Shown piece after piece: positions 50,862 to 62,600 of a stretch of DNA of 64,000 nucleotides. This DNA comes from Selaginella moellendorffii. Lineage: Eukaryota > Plantae > Lycopodiophyta. The translations under genes and the position numbers were made by a program. The notes under the pieces were generated by a model, which saw only the letters and a program-made list of their open reading frames with translations, was not told the DNA's origin and did not search any database. Position 1 is the first letter of the stretch. Each line of letters opens with the position of its first letter. The stretch covers positions 431,393-495,392 of the forward strand of contig NW_003314375.1 of assembly GCF_000143415.4 (NCBI RefSeq). Direction: 5' to 3'.

Positions 50862-52463
50862 GTGGTGCTCGGTCTTCCTTGGTTCCAACTACATCAGCCT
50901 CAGATTTGTTGGAAGGACTTACAGCTCATCTCTCCCACATCACCATCTCCCACGGCTTCCCTTGATGTTCATCGAGTCCGAATCAGGAAACGTTCCCTAA
51001 ACTCAAGTCGGGGTTCTGTTCCTGACTCTACGAAGTTTTCATCCTCTTCTTTTTCCTCTCTTCCATTTTACACTGGACAGTATCCTCGTCTCATCATTCC
51101 ATTTAGTCGTACCCCTTCTCCTATCTCCACAATCACTATGAAAGAACTCCTTCATGAAGAACCTCTTTTTCTTTTTGCTTTGCATGTTTCTCCTGTCAGT
51201 CTTCCTGAGAAGTATCATAATTTTGGGGATGTGTTTGACAAGAAAAAAGCTAGTGTACTACCTGTTCATCGGCCTTATGATTGTCCCATTGATTTACAGG
51301 AAGGAGCGTCACCTCCGTGGGGGCCTATCTACGGGTTATCCCCGTCCGAGCTTAAGGCCCTCAAAGAGTACGTGGATGAGAACCTTGCCTCGGGCTACAT
51401 TCAGCATTCGCAGTCCCCGGCTGGAGCGCCTGTCTTCTTTGTCAAGAAGAAGGATGGGAGCTTGCGGCTAGTCATCGACTATCGAGGTTTGAACAAGGTG
51501 ACTGTTCGGAACCGTTATCCGCTGCCCCTGATCTCGGACCTGTTGGAACGCCTCGGCGGTGCCCGCTTCTTCACCAAGATCGACCTCCGTGGAGCGTACA
51601 ACCTGATCCGGATCTGGCCTGGTGATGAATGGAAGACTGCGTTCCGAACCTGCTATGGCCACTTCGAGTACACTGTCATGCCATTTGGCTTGACAAATGC
51701 TCCAGCGGTTTTCCAACACATGGCGAACGACGTTTTTCGGGAGTTTCTTGATCAGATGGTGATCGTCTACCTCGATGACATCCTCATCTACTCAAAAACT
51801 CAGGAGGAGCATGACGAACATGTTCGCAAGGTGCTAGCGAAGCTGCGAGAACATGACCTATACGCGAAGCTTGAGAAATGTTCCTTTGATCAGCAGTCTG
51901 TGGAGTTCCTTGGGTACATTGTCACTCCTGAGGGTATCACGATGGATCCTGCTAAAGTCAAGACTATTCTCGAATGGGAGCCTCCACAATCAATGTCGGA
52001 CGTTCAGGTTTTCCTTGGCTTCGCCAACTTCTACCGCAAATTCATTGATCACTACTCTGACATTGTCCTTCCTCTCACACATCTCACTCGCAAGGATGTT
52101 CCCTTCTCTTGGTCTGCTGCTGCCCAGCAGGCCTTCGACACACTCAAGGCGGCCTTCAGTTCTGCTCCTGTCTTGATCCATGCTGATTCCTCACAACCTT
52201 TCTTCATCGAGGCTGACGCCTCCGACTTTGCCATTGGTGCTGTGCTGTCTCAACTCGGAGCGGATCACGAACTTCATCCGGTCGCTTTCCATTCTCGGAA
52301 ATTCCAGCCTGCGGAGATCAATTACGAAATCCACGACAAGGAGCTCCTTGCCATCGTGGATTCCTTTGGAGAGTGGTGCCGTTTCTTGGGGGGGCGAGCC
52401 ATCAAACAACAGTCTGGACGGATCACAAAAATCTCGAGTACTTTGCCACTTCCCGAGTTTTAA
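50862..52463 (+). CDS. pol: Pol fragment: reverse transcriptase and RNase H
   Basis: [56 protein letters not shown]. Confidence 0.93.
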   Translation: MVLGLPWFQLHQPQICWKDLQLISPTSPSPTASLDVHRVRIRKRSLNSSRGSVPDSTKFSSSSFSSLPFYTGQYPRLIIPFSRTPSPISTITMKELLHEEPLFLFALHVSPVSLPEKYHNFGDVFDKKKASVLPVHRPYDCPIDLQEGASPPWGPIYGLSPSELKALKEYVDENLASGYIQHSQSPAGAPVFFVKKKDGSLRLVIDYRGLNKVTVRNRYPLPLISDLLERLGGARFFTKIDLRGAYNLIRIWPGDEWKTAFRTCYGHFEYTVMPFGLTNAPAVFQHMANDVFREFLDQMVIVYLDDILIYSKTQEEHDEHVRKVLAKLREHDLYAKLEKCSFDQQSVEFLGYIVTPEGITMDPAKVKTILEWEPPQSMSDVQVFLGFANFYRKFIDHYSDIVLPLTHLTRKDVPFSWSAAAQQAFDTLKAAFSSAPVLIHADSSQPFFIEADASDFAIGAVLSQLGADHELHPVAFHSRKFQPAEINYEIHDKELLAIVDSFGEWCRFLGGRAIKQQSGRITKISSTLPLPEF

Positions 52464-54992
52464 GCCGTCGTCAAGCAAGGTGGGCACAATTCCTGAGTCC
52501 AAGACCGACTCTAAGACCAAATTCGAGATAAAGTCCGGGATCAAATCCAAGGCCGACTCGGAGACCGAGTTCGAGACCGAGTTCAAGACAGAGTCCGAGA
52601 TCCAAGATCAGGTTTGAGACCGAGTCCGAGGTTGAGTTTGAAGTCGGGTCTGAGATCAAGTCCAAGATCGAGTCAAAGACTGAGTCCGAGATCGAGTCAA
52701 AGACTGAGTCCGAAGTTGGGTTCGACATCGAGTCCGAGACTGAGTCCGAGTACTAATACAGGTCAAGGGATGAAAGCCTAAAGTGTGCGTCTCCCAGGGG
52801 GGAGAGGGGGGCGGGGGGGGAGTTGCAGGGGGTTCAAAAAGTATAGTAGGGATAGTGAGGTCTAGGAACCAGTCTTGAAGGAACTCTCCAGTGGTGCTTC
52901 CAAACTGACTTGAGGTTGAGACTGGGGCTGAGGGGCCTCGGGTGGGAGTGAGCATGGACTCGAGTGGTGCCGGAAGGGCCACCTAAGGAAATGTTCAAGA
53001 GCAACTCCCACTCCCAAAAGGGAAACCGACTACGGTGCTCCCAGCTCATGTGGAATGGTGCCCCATTTGAGTACCTTGCGGCTCATTGGTCCTCACCCTT
53101 CCTAAGGACTTGGGCCTTCCCTTCGGGATAGAAGTGGGGGGGTAGAGGTACCCATACAGGGCCATTAGGCCATGGTGTTTTGCCCCGGCGTCCCGAAGCA
53201 TGTGTTGCACCCAAGACTTGGGATTTAGAGGGTCCCATGATCAAGTCTTGTGGTACCAAGGGAGGTTAGGAACCTGGAGGCTTAGTGTGCTTGGTTGCTT
53301 GTACTTACGGGGAGTGTAGCCGAACCTTAAGTCCAGTTTAACTTGGAGAGGGGGATTAGGAAATATTTGGGAATCTATGAATGGATGGCTAACGCTCCAT
53401 TGCTCGTGTAGTGAGTAGCTAAAACCAAGTAGGACCAAGTAGGAGCTGGTACCATAGGCGGGAACCTTGGCGAGGGAACTTAGTTAAAACCAAGGCAGTA
53501 TTGGTCGGATAGACGAGGTAAGCTGACAAATTGGAAAGGAAAAATTTGTAGCTTACAATTTGGTATCGGAGCCTTTTCCTCAGTTCTAACGAAGGATAGA
53601 GGTGGATTGCTGGGAGATGGCAAAGGTAGGGCATAAACGAACCAAGGTAGAGATGAATCCTCTGCCAGAGCTGGAGCCTCTGATTGAACAAAGGGCTATG
53701 GATGAGGAATCCTTGCATGAGGAGGACTCCAATAAGGAAACTTCGAAATAGGAGTCTGGTGGGGAGGTTCGGTCATCCAAGGTTTGATTGGACGTTCTAG
53801 AAGGACAATTGGCACAGACCAATGCCCTGTTGGAAACTCTCATACATAAGCTAAAGCGTGATGAGAAGCAAAAGAAAAAGCAAAAGACTACGGATGCTGG
53901 CAGCGCAGAAGGTGCAGACCCTTCAGTAGGGATTGAGGTAGAACTAAACAAGGTTGAATAGACCGAAGTGGAATCAATCCCTCAAGCAGTTTCGAAGTAC
54001 AAACCAAAACCCCCACCGGTCTTCAAGGGAGTGAATGACTATATGATGATGGAGGATTGGTTTTACAATATGGAAGACTACTTTCGAGCATTGCGGTGAC
54101 CGAGTTCGGAGAAGGCCCTATGTATAAAACCATACTTGGTAGATAATGCCAAGTCTTGGTGGAGAACGACAGAGGCTAATGAAGGACCGGTAGCCACTTG
54201 GGAAATGATGAAGGCGAGGATCCACGCTATATACGTTCCTCCGAATGCTACTCTGCACCTAAGGGATGAGTTGAGTAGGCTAAAGTAGACCAGAACCATT
54301 CAAGAGTATGTGAATGGGTTTATGACAAAGAGGATACTGGTCACGGATATGGGTGATATGGATGCATTCCATGCCTTCATATTAGGTTTGCAAACCTAGG
54401 CTCGCAGTGAGGTGATGCGTTGGAACCCGACCAACTACAAGGAAGTGTTGGATGCAACTATCAAGGTGCATTTCAACAATAACTTGCGAAAGGGGAACAT
54501 GACGGGGTCGGGGTCCACGTTTAGCAAAGGGGCCAAACCAAAGGGAACATATAGCAAAGGGAAATTCAAAAAGAGTTTCTCTAAGAATGAGTTCTCGGGG
54601 TTCTGGAAAGGCAGAACCAGTGGCTAGTGAGCGAGTACGTGGGGAATCAAGCAAAAAGAGACAAACCGACGGATAAGAAAGGCAAGTTGGCTAGTAGCGT
54701 GGGAAACAATATATACTACAACTGCAGTGAAGTGGGACACTTCTCGAGGGAATGTCCCTACCCGAAGAAGGCCAGAGCCAGTATGGCCATTAAGTCGGGT
54801 GAAATTTAAACTGAGGTACGTGATTCAGTTCTAAACTCAAAGTTACTCATTACACGAGCAACTTTGGTAGAGAGTCATTCACGACATCTACTATCCCTTT
54901 GTGGGAAGCTCGGAGGTAGCTTTGTTAAGATCCTTATTGACACGGATGCTTTAGATAATTTTGTGGCTGCAGACATAGTCCAGCAAGCCAGA

Positions 54993-56139
54993 TGTAAGGA
55001 ACCAACTCGCCGAGGTGTCGTAGGCTAAAAGAACCCCGAAAGCATGACCAAAATGACAAAGAGTTCATCGGATGGGACCAAGTCAAGGATCGAGTCCAAG
55101 ACCGACTCTAGGACCGAGTTCGAGATAGAGTCCGGAATCGAGTCCGAGACCGACTCGGGGACCGAGTTCGAGTCCGAGTTCGAGACCGAGTTCGAGACGG
55201 AGTCCGAGATCCGAAATCGGGTCCGAGATCAAGTCCGAGGTCGAGTTCGAGGTCGGGTCCGAGATCGGGTCCAAGATCGAGTCCGAGATCGAGTTCGAGA
55301 CCGAATCCGAAGTCGGATCCGAAATCGGGTCTGAGATCGAGCCAGAGACTAAGTCCAAATACTAATACGGGTCAAGGGGTGAAAGCCCAAAGCGTGCGTC
55401 TCCAAGGGGGGGGGGCTGCAGGAGGTTCCAAAAGTATAGTAGGGATAGTGAGGTCCAGGAACCAGTTCTGAAGGGGCTCTCTAGTGGGGCTCCCAAACCG
55501 ACTTGAGGTTGGGACTGGGACCGAGGGGCCTTGGGTGGGAGTGAACATGGACTTGGTTGGTGCCGGAGGGGCCATCCAAGGAAGTGCTCAAGAGCAGCTC
55601 CCACTCCCGAAAGGGAAACCGATTGCGGTGCTCCCGGCTCATGTGGAGTGGTGCCCCACTTGAGTATTATGCGGCTCATTGGTCCTCGCCCTTCCTAGGG
55701 GCTTGGGCCTTCCTTCGGGATGGAAGTGGGGGGGTAGAGGTACCCATACCGGGCCGCTAGGCCACGGTGTTTCGCCCCGGCGTCTCGAAGCAAGTGTTGC
55801 ACTCAAGACTTGGGATTTAGAGGGTCCCATGATCAAGTCTTGTGGTACCAAAGGATGTTAGGAACCCTGAAGCTTGGTGTGCTTGGCTGCTTGTGCTTGC
55901 GGGGAGTGTAGCCGAACCTTAAGTCCAGTCTAACCCGGGGAGGGGGATTGGGAGTGATTTGGGAATCCGTGGATGGATGGCTAACACTCCGTTGCTCGTG
56001 CAGTGAATAGCTGAAACCAAGTAGGAGCTGGTACCATAGGCGAGAACCTTGGCAAGGGAACTTAGCAAAAGCCAAGGCAGTGTTGGACGGATAGACGAGG
56101 TAAGCTGGCAAATTGGAAAGGAAAAATTTGTGGCTTACA
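54993..56139 (+). mobile_element. Solo LTR (family B, 1,147 bp) inserted in the protease of its own family
   Basis: TGTAAG...CTTACA with a perfect TSD CCAGA; the flanks rejoin to the PR sequence seen intact at 60360-60400 (minus strand). Confidence 0.96.
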
Positions 56140-59100
56140 CCAGACTAACGGTGCAGTGGCTAGGTGAACCAAATACTATAGAGTTTGTTCAAAGTAGCCA
56201 AAGCACTAATGAGGTACTTCGATAAGCGAGACTTGAAGTAGGGATGTGGAAAGTAAATATGGATTTCACCGTGTTAGATATGGTGGGATTTAACATAATT
56301 TTTGGGATGGATTGGTTCAATCGGTTCATTGTAGCCCTACATGGACAAGGTAGGAACTTTGTGGTACAAGCAAATGCCCAAGGAAGAAGATCTAGGGTGG
56401 AGGCCCAGGATCTAAAGGTAAGGCCATGCAAGGCCAAAGATTCCTACATAAACCTGGTGTCCACGAGAGGACAACTCATTAAAGGAACCAAGGCAGCATT
56501 TTTGTGCTTACTCTCGGCAAAGAGTGACAAAAAGATGAGAACGAAAGAAGCATCTTTAGTGATCTAGCGGGTGTTAGATCAATTCCAAGATACCATGCCA
56601 GAGGAGCTACCGACGGGGTTGCCCCCCACACGATTGATAGAATATAAGATTGAGCTGGTCAAGGGTGTTGAGGCGGTGGTTCGTCCCCCCTATCGTTTGA
56701 ATGAAAAGGAACTTGAAGAGCTCAAGTGCCAACTAGAGGAGTTGGTGGACAAAGGGTATGTTAGGTTGAACAAGTTGCCGTATGGGGCGCTAGTGTTATT
56801 TGTGAAAAAGAAAGATGGATCTATGTGCATGTGCATAGACTACCGGTTGCTCAACAAGTATACAAAGAAGAACAAGTACCCTTTGCCAAGGATTAAGGAC
56901 TTGTTCGATAGGTTGGGAAAGGCAAAATACTTCTTGAGGATTAACCTAAGGTTAGGATACTACCAAATCAGGGTAGCAGAGGAAGATGTCGAGAAGACAA
57001 CCTGTCAAACAAGGTATGGGAGCTTTGAGTTTCTGGTGATGCCTTTCGGGCTATACAATGCGCCGGCAACGTTTTCGATGTTGATGAACTACATCTTTGT
57101 ACCCTATCTGGATCATTTTGTGGTCGTCTATAGTGACGACATCCTGATCTATAGTGAAACGCTAGAGGAGCATGCCAAACACTTGATGAAGCTATCTGAG
57201 AAACTAAGGGAACACCAGCTGTATGTTAAAGAGAGCAAATGTGACTTTGCTTAACAAGAAGTAAAGTTTCTCGGGCATGTGGTGGGCAAGGATGAGCTCA
57301 AGATGGACCCTGAGAAGGTCCAAGGGATCCAGGATTGGGAGCGACTATTGAATGTGCACAAGTTAAGGGCATTTTTGGGGCTATGCAACTACTACCGAAA
57401 GTTTATCAAACACTATTCGAGAGTAGCCCTGCCCTTAACAAACCAAACGGGAAAAGGGAAGATGGTATGGACAATGGAATGCAAGGTGGCATTTATCCAC
57501 CTCAAAGGGAAGTTGAGGAAGGCTCCCGTGTTGGTATTACCAGACTTTGGTAAGGACTTTGAGGTAGAAACAAATGCTTCAGACTTTGCGTTGGGCGCAA
57601 TGTTGAAGCAAAAAAACCATCCAATAGCGTTCTTCTCAAAAAAGTTGGACAAGGCTCAACAGAAGTGGCCTACCCACAAGAAGGAATTGTTTACGGTGGT
57701 CAAGGCGCTCAAGGAGTGGCGACACTACCTTGGGAGACACTTCAAGGTTTACACGGACAATATGGCAATGAAACACTTCTTGTCACAGCCCAACCTAAGA
57801 GGGAAACAGGGTCAATGGGCCAATGCTTTGGCCGAGTTTGATTGCGAGATTCTGTACAAGCCTGGGAAGAGCAACATCATGGCAAATGTGCTAAGTCGAA
57901 AAGTGAGCTTGAAGTTGGCGATATCCAGTGGGACAGCAACCTTTTGGGATGATGTGCGGATAGCATATGAGAACAATGGTCTAGCACAAGAAGTGTTGCT
58001 AAGGAATCTAGAGGCACGGGAAACTCACTAGAGAGGTGAGCTGCCAACAAAAGAGAAAACGGGCTATACAGAACGCAACGGGCTTATCTATTACAAGCAA
58101 ACAAGGGTGTATGTTCCAGAAGGGGAACTAAGGAAGGTAGCCTTAGAAGAGTGTCATGACAGACCTCTTGCGGGACACAGCGGAGTGCCCAAAACGATGG
58201 GCTTACTCAAAAGGAAGTACCACTAGCTAGATATGGTTAAGGACATCCAAGACTATGTAAAGACATGTCCAACATGTCAGCAGGTCAAAGCCATGTCTAA
58301 GGCTAGTGGGGGTTTGTTACAAAGCATCCCAATTCCAGATCATTCGTGGAAATGTCTTACGATGGACTTCATTACAGGACTCCCCCCAAGTGAGGGGTTT
58401 GATGCGATACTCGTGGTGGTGGACCAATTTTCAAAGATGGCACATTTCATACCTACCACAACGGAAGTGGACGCGGAAGGTTTGGCAAAGCTATTCTTTG
58501 AACAAGTGGTTTGAGTGCAGGGAAGGCCAGAGGAGATCATCTCAGATCGAGATAAGATCTTCACCAGCAAGTTCTGGAGAACTCTCCTAGAACAGTATTG
58601 CACCAAGTTGAAATTCAACACAGCCTATCACCCACAGACAAGTATTGGGTATTAAGTCAAGTTGGATGGCACTAACACTTCTTAACAGATGGACAAACAG
58701 AAAGGGTGAATAGGCAGTTGGAGGATTATTTATGATTCTATGTCTTCGGAGACTAGACTGATTGGGTAAGTCATTTGGGACTTGCAGAAATGTGCTATAA
58801 CAACTCACTACACTCAAGTATCGGGGTGAGCCTATGGGAAGTCATCAATAGGCGAACTATTGAAGGTCCTGTGGAACTTGGCGTGGCTGAGATCATGGAG
58901 AGTTACTTGCAGTGGAGGCATTCATGGCGGAAAGACTCAACATTTGGAATCTAGTGAGGGATTCCTTGAAACAGGCTCAACAAAGGCAAACCAAGTATGT
59001 GAACCAGAAGTGTCGAGATATAGAGTTCCAACCTGGGGAGAAGGTGTAGCTGAACACCAAGAACCTAAGGCTACAAAGTGGGATCAGCCGGAAGTTGACC

Positions 59101-59331
59101 TAAAGGTAAGATGCATGTATTCCTAGAAATGAACTGATCTTGAGTTCCTTAAGCAGATTCACAGGGCCTTACGAGATTGAGGCACGAATCAGTAAAGTGG
59201 CTTATTGCCTCCGACTTCCTTGAGAGACGGGGAAGATGCACCCAGTGTTCCATGTGAACCTACTCAAGCCGTACTTTGAGGATCTGCTTCACACGGACCA
59301 AGTGAGACCTTTACCTGAGGTTCTCCAAGTG

Positions 59332-59470
59332 GAAGAGGAATACGATGTGGAGGCCATCCTCAATGCGCGCAAAAGCAAGTAATAAGGACACAAGGTGAGA
59401 GAGTTCCATGTGAAGTAAAAAGGATTTCCACACTGCGAAGCAAAATGGGAACCGGAGGAGAACCTAGCGA
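59332..59470 (+). pseudogene. Integrase C-terminal chromodomain remnant
   Basis: EEEYDVEAILNARKSK**GHKVREFHVK*KGFPHCEAKWEPEENL. Confidence 0.85.
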
Positions 59471-59621
59471 ATAAGATCTAGTGAAGGAATTTCTACAAGG
59501 TAGAAACCTATGTACTTATGCAAAGTTCAATTAAAAGCATCCATTTGTGAAGTTGAGCAATGGCATATGTTGGGACCCAAAGGTGCGCCAAAGGTAAGCT
59601 AATCAGTATGGGTTAGCTAGA

Positions 59622-62600
59622 TGTAAGCCATAAATTTTTCCTTTCCAATTTCCTAGCTTACCTCGTCTATCCGTCCAACACTGCCTTGGCTTTTGCTAAG
59701 TTCCCTTGCCAAGGTTCTCGCCTATGGTACCAGCTCAACCTAACATACCCTTCCTCAACCTAACATACCCTTTGTCCACCAACTCCTCTAGTTGGCACTT
59801 GAGCTCCTTGAGTTCTTTTTCGTTCAAACGATAGGGGGGACGAACCACCACCTCAGCACCCTCGACCAGCTCAATCTTATGTTCTATCAGTCGTGCGGGG
59901 GGCAACCCCGCCGGTAGCTCCTCCGGCATGGTATCCTGGAATTAGTTCAACACCCGCTGGATCACTAAAGGTACTTCTTCCGTTCCTGTCTCTTTGTCAC
60001 TCTTCACCGAGAGTAAGCACAAAAATGCTGCCTTAGTTCCTTTAGTGAGTTGTCCTCTCGTGGACACCAGGTTTAAGCAGGAATCTTTGGCCTTGCTTTG
60101 CCCTACCTTTAGATCCTGGGCCTCCACCCTAGATCTTCTTCCTTGGGCATTTGCCAGTACCACAAGGTTCCTACCTTGTCCATGCAGGGCTACCATGAAC
60201 CGATTGAACCAATCCATTCCAAAGATCATGTCAAATCCCGCCATGTCCAACACGGTGAAATCCATGTCTACTTTCCATGTCCCTACTTCGACTCTCGCTT
60301 GTCGAAGTACCTCATCAGTGCTTTGGCTACCTTGAACAAACTCTATAGTCCTTGGTTCGCCTAGCCGTTGCACCGTTAGTCCGGCTTGCCGGACTATGTC
60401 TGTAGCCAAAAAATTATCCGAAGCACCTGTGTCAATAAGGATCTCAACAAAGCTACCTCCGAGCTTCCCTCGGAGGGCTAGTAGATGTCGCGAACGACTC
60501 TCTACCAAAGTTGCTCATGTAATGAATTTTGAGTTAGGGACTGGATCACATACCTCAGTTTGGACTTCACCCGACTTGATGGCCATATTGGCTTTGGCCT
60601 TCTTCGGGTAGGGACATTCCCTCGAAAAGTGTCCCGCTTCACCGTAGTTGTAGCATACGTTGTTTCCCACGCTGCTATACGACTTGACCTTCTTATCCAT
60701 GGGTTTGTCTTTTTTCGCTTGACTCCCCCACGTACTCGCTCGCTGGCCACCAGATTTGCCTTTCCGGAACCCCGAGGACTCATTCTTAGAGAAACGCTTC
60801 TTGAATTTCCCCCTGCTATACGTTCCCCTTGGTTTGACCCCTTTGCTAAACGTGGATCCCGACCCCGTCATGTTCCCCTTTCGCAGGTTATCGTTGAAAT
60901 GCACCTTGATGGCTGCATCCAACGCTTCCTTGTAGTTGGTCGGGTTCCAGCGCATCACCTCACCGCGAGCCCAGGTTTGCAAACCCGATATGAAGGCATG
61001 GAACGCATCCATATCCCCCATGTCCGTGACAAGTATCCTCTTTGCCATGAACCCATTCACATATTCCTGGATGGTTCCAGTCTGCTTCAGCCTACTCAGC
61101 TCATCTCTCAGATGCAGAGTGGCATTCGGAGGAACGTATGTTGCGCGGATCCTCGCCTTCATCATGTCCCAAGTGGCCACCGGTCCTTCGTTGGCCTTCG
61201 TTGTTCTCCACCAAGACTTGGCATTATCTGCCAAGTATGGTTTTGCACATGGGACCTTCTCCGAGCTCGGTAATCGCAACAATCGGAAGTAGTCCTCCAT
61301 ATCGTAAAACCAATCCTCCACCACCTTATAGTCGTTCACTCCCTTGAAGACCGGTGGGGGCTTTGGTTTGTACTTGGGAATTGCCTGAGGGACTGATTCC
61401 ACTTCGGTCTGTTTGACCTTGTCTGGTTTTGCCTCAGTCCCTGCCGAAGGGTCCGCACCTTTTGCGCTGCCAGCATCCGCAGTCTTTCGCTTTTTCTTCC
61501 GCTTCTCGTCACGCTTTAGCTTGCATACGAGAGTCTCCAGCAGGGCATTGGTCTGCACTAATTGTCCTTCTAGAATGTCCAATCGAGCCTTGGATGACCA
61601 AACCTCACCACTGGACTCCTGTTTGGAAGTTTCCTTACTGGAGTCCTCCTCATGCAAGGATTCCTCATCCATAGCCTTTTGTTCGACTGGAGGCTCCAGC
61701 TCTGGCGGAGGTTCCGTCCCCACCTGGGTTCGCTAAACATATATGTACATTACCCCAATCCCAAAGGGATCAAAACAACATTGAGAGCGCACTCTCGAAG
61801 AGACTAGTGAAACTATGAGCGCGAACGCCCGGCGCTGCTCTTGGGCCGTCCGCCTCCCAGGTGACTCCACCGCGGAGCTTGAAGCCACCTGCTTCGCCTT
61901 GCCACTCCTCCACTCGGTCACAATGATGACAAGCCAGATGACCACCATGTCGATCTAGCTCAACGTCGTCGCAGCCAAGCGGTCCAACTCGAGCACGATG
62001 ACCCAGCGTTGCTCATGGGTCACTCGCCTCCAAGGTGACTCCACTGCACAAGCTGAAGCCACCTGTTACGCCCCAAGACGTGATGCTGTGTCTTGGAGCG
62101 CCTACCTCCCCAGTGTACTTCCAGCACTAAGTCGGTGCCCATTACGAACAAACTCCAAGGCGTAGAACAAGCGAGGTGTGAGCCTCCTCCAGCTCTAGAC
62201 TAGAGTGTGCTACCTTGCCTCCCACACTAGACAAGTGCGCTGGCCCCCTTCAATGATATACAAGCCCCCGTTGCCGGCATCGCGACAATCACAAGACTTG
62301 CAAGCCTCCGCGAACCTCCTCAAAGGACTAGCCCTGAAGCAAGAACCATGTGGGATCCCCTCCGCGAGCAAACCAACTCGGCCATCCGCCACTGGCCCCC
62401 TTTGTGACAGCACTTCCCTGTCACTAGATCCAAAAATGCGCCCATAGTGTCTTCCACGTCCATCCACCGCGGACACTTCGCTATGTCGGGATGTCGTCCC
62501 GAACTGTCCTCCACCGATCAACAAAGTTCCCATGACTTGGTCGTGTTTCCACGACTCAAGTCGCCAAGAACTTCCGACACATGCAGCTTCACGCTCTCCG

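Larger units (their letters stand above)
49059..52499 (+). mobile_element. Tcn1/Tf1-sushi-type Ty3/gypsy element, 3'-truncated
   Basis: 361-bp LTR 49059-49419 (TGTCAGGA..TCTTGACA); non-tRNA PBS; PEG10-like gag; PR LLDSGA; RT YLDD; RNase H; ends at [13 protein letters not shown] fused to LTR-B. Confidence 0.88.
52495..59621 (+). mobile_element. Galadriel-like chromovirus, degenerate; 5' LTR truncated, 3' end interrupted by an inverted copy
   Basis: LTR ends at 53557; PBS TGGTATCGGAGC 53561-53572; gag from ATG 53617; PR; RT (56571-57254); RNase H; HHCC integrase; GPY/F motif; chromodomain; many stops. Confidence 0.92.

Noticed and set aside
55044-55358. RS/RD-rich splicing-factor-like ORF (also near 52471-52728)
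   Set aside because: Product of the hexamer repeat inside LTR-B
60509-60517. Programmed stop-codon readthrough between gag and protease
   Set aside because: The sister copy has CGA at this codon (~54855), so a CpG transition is the simpler explanation
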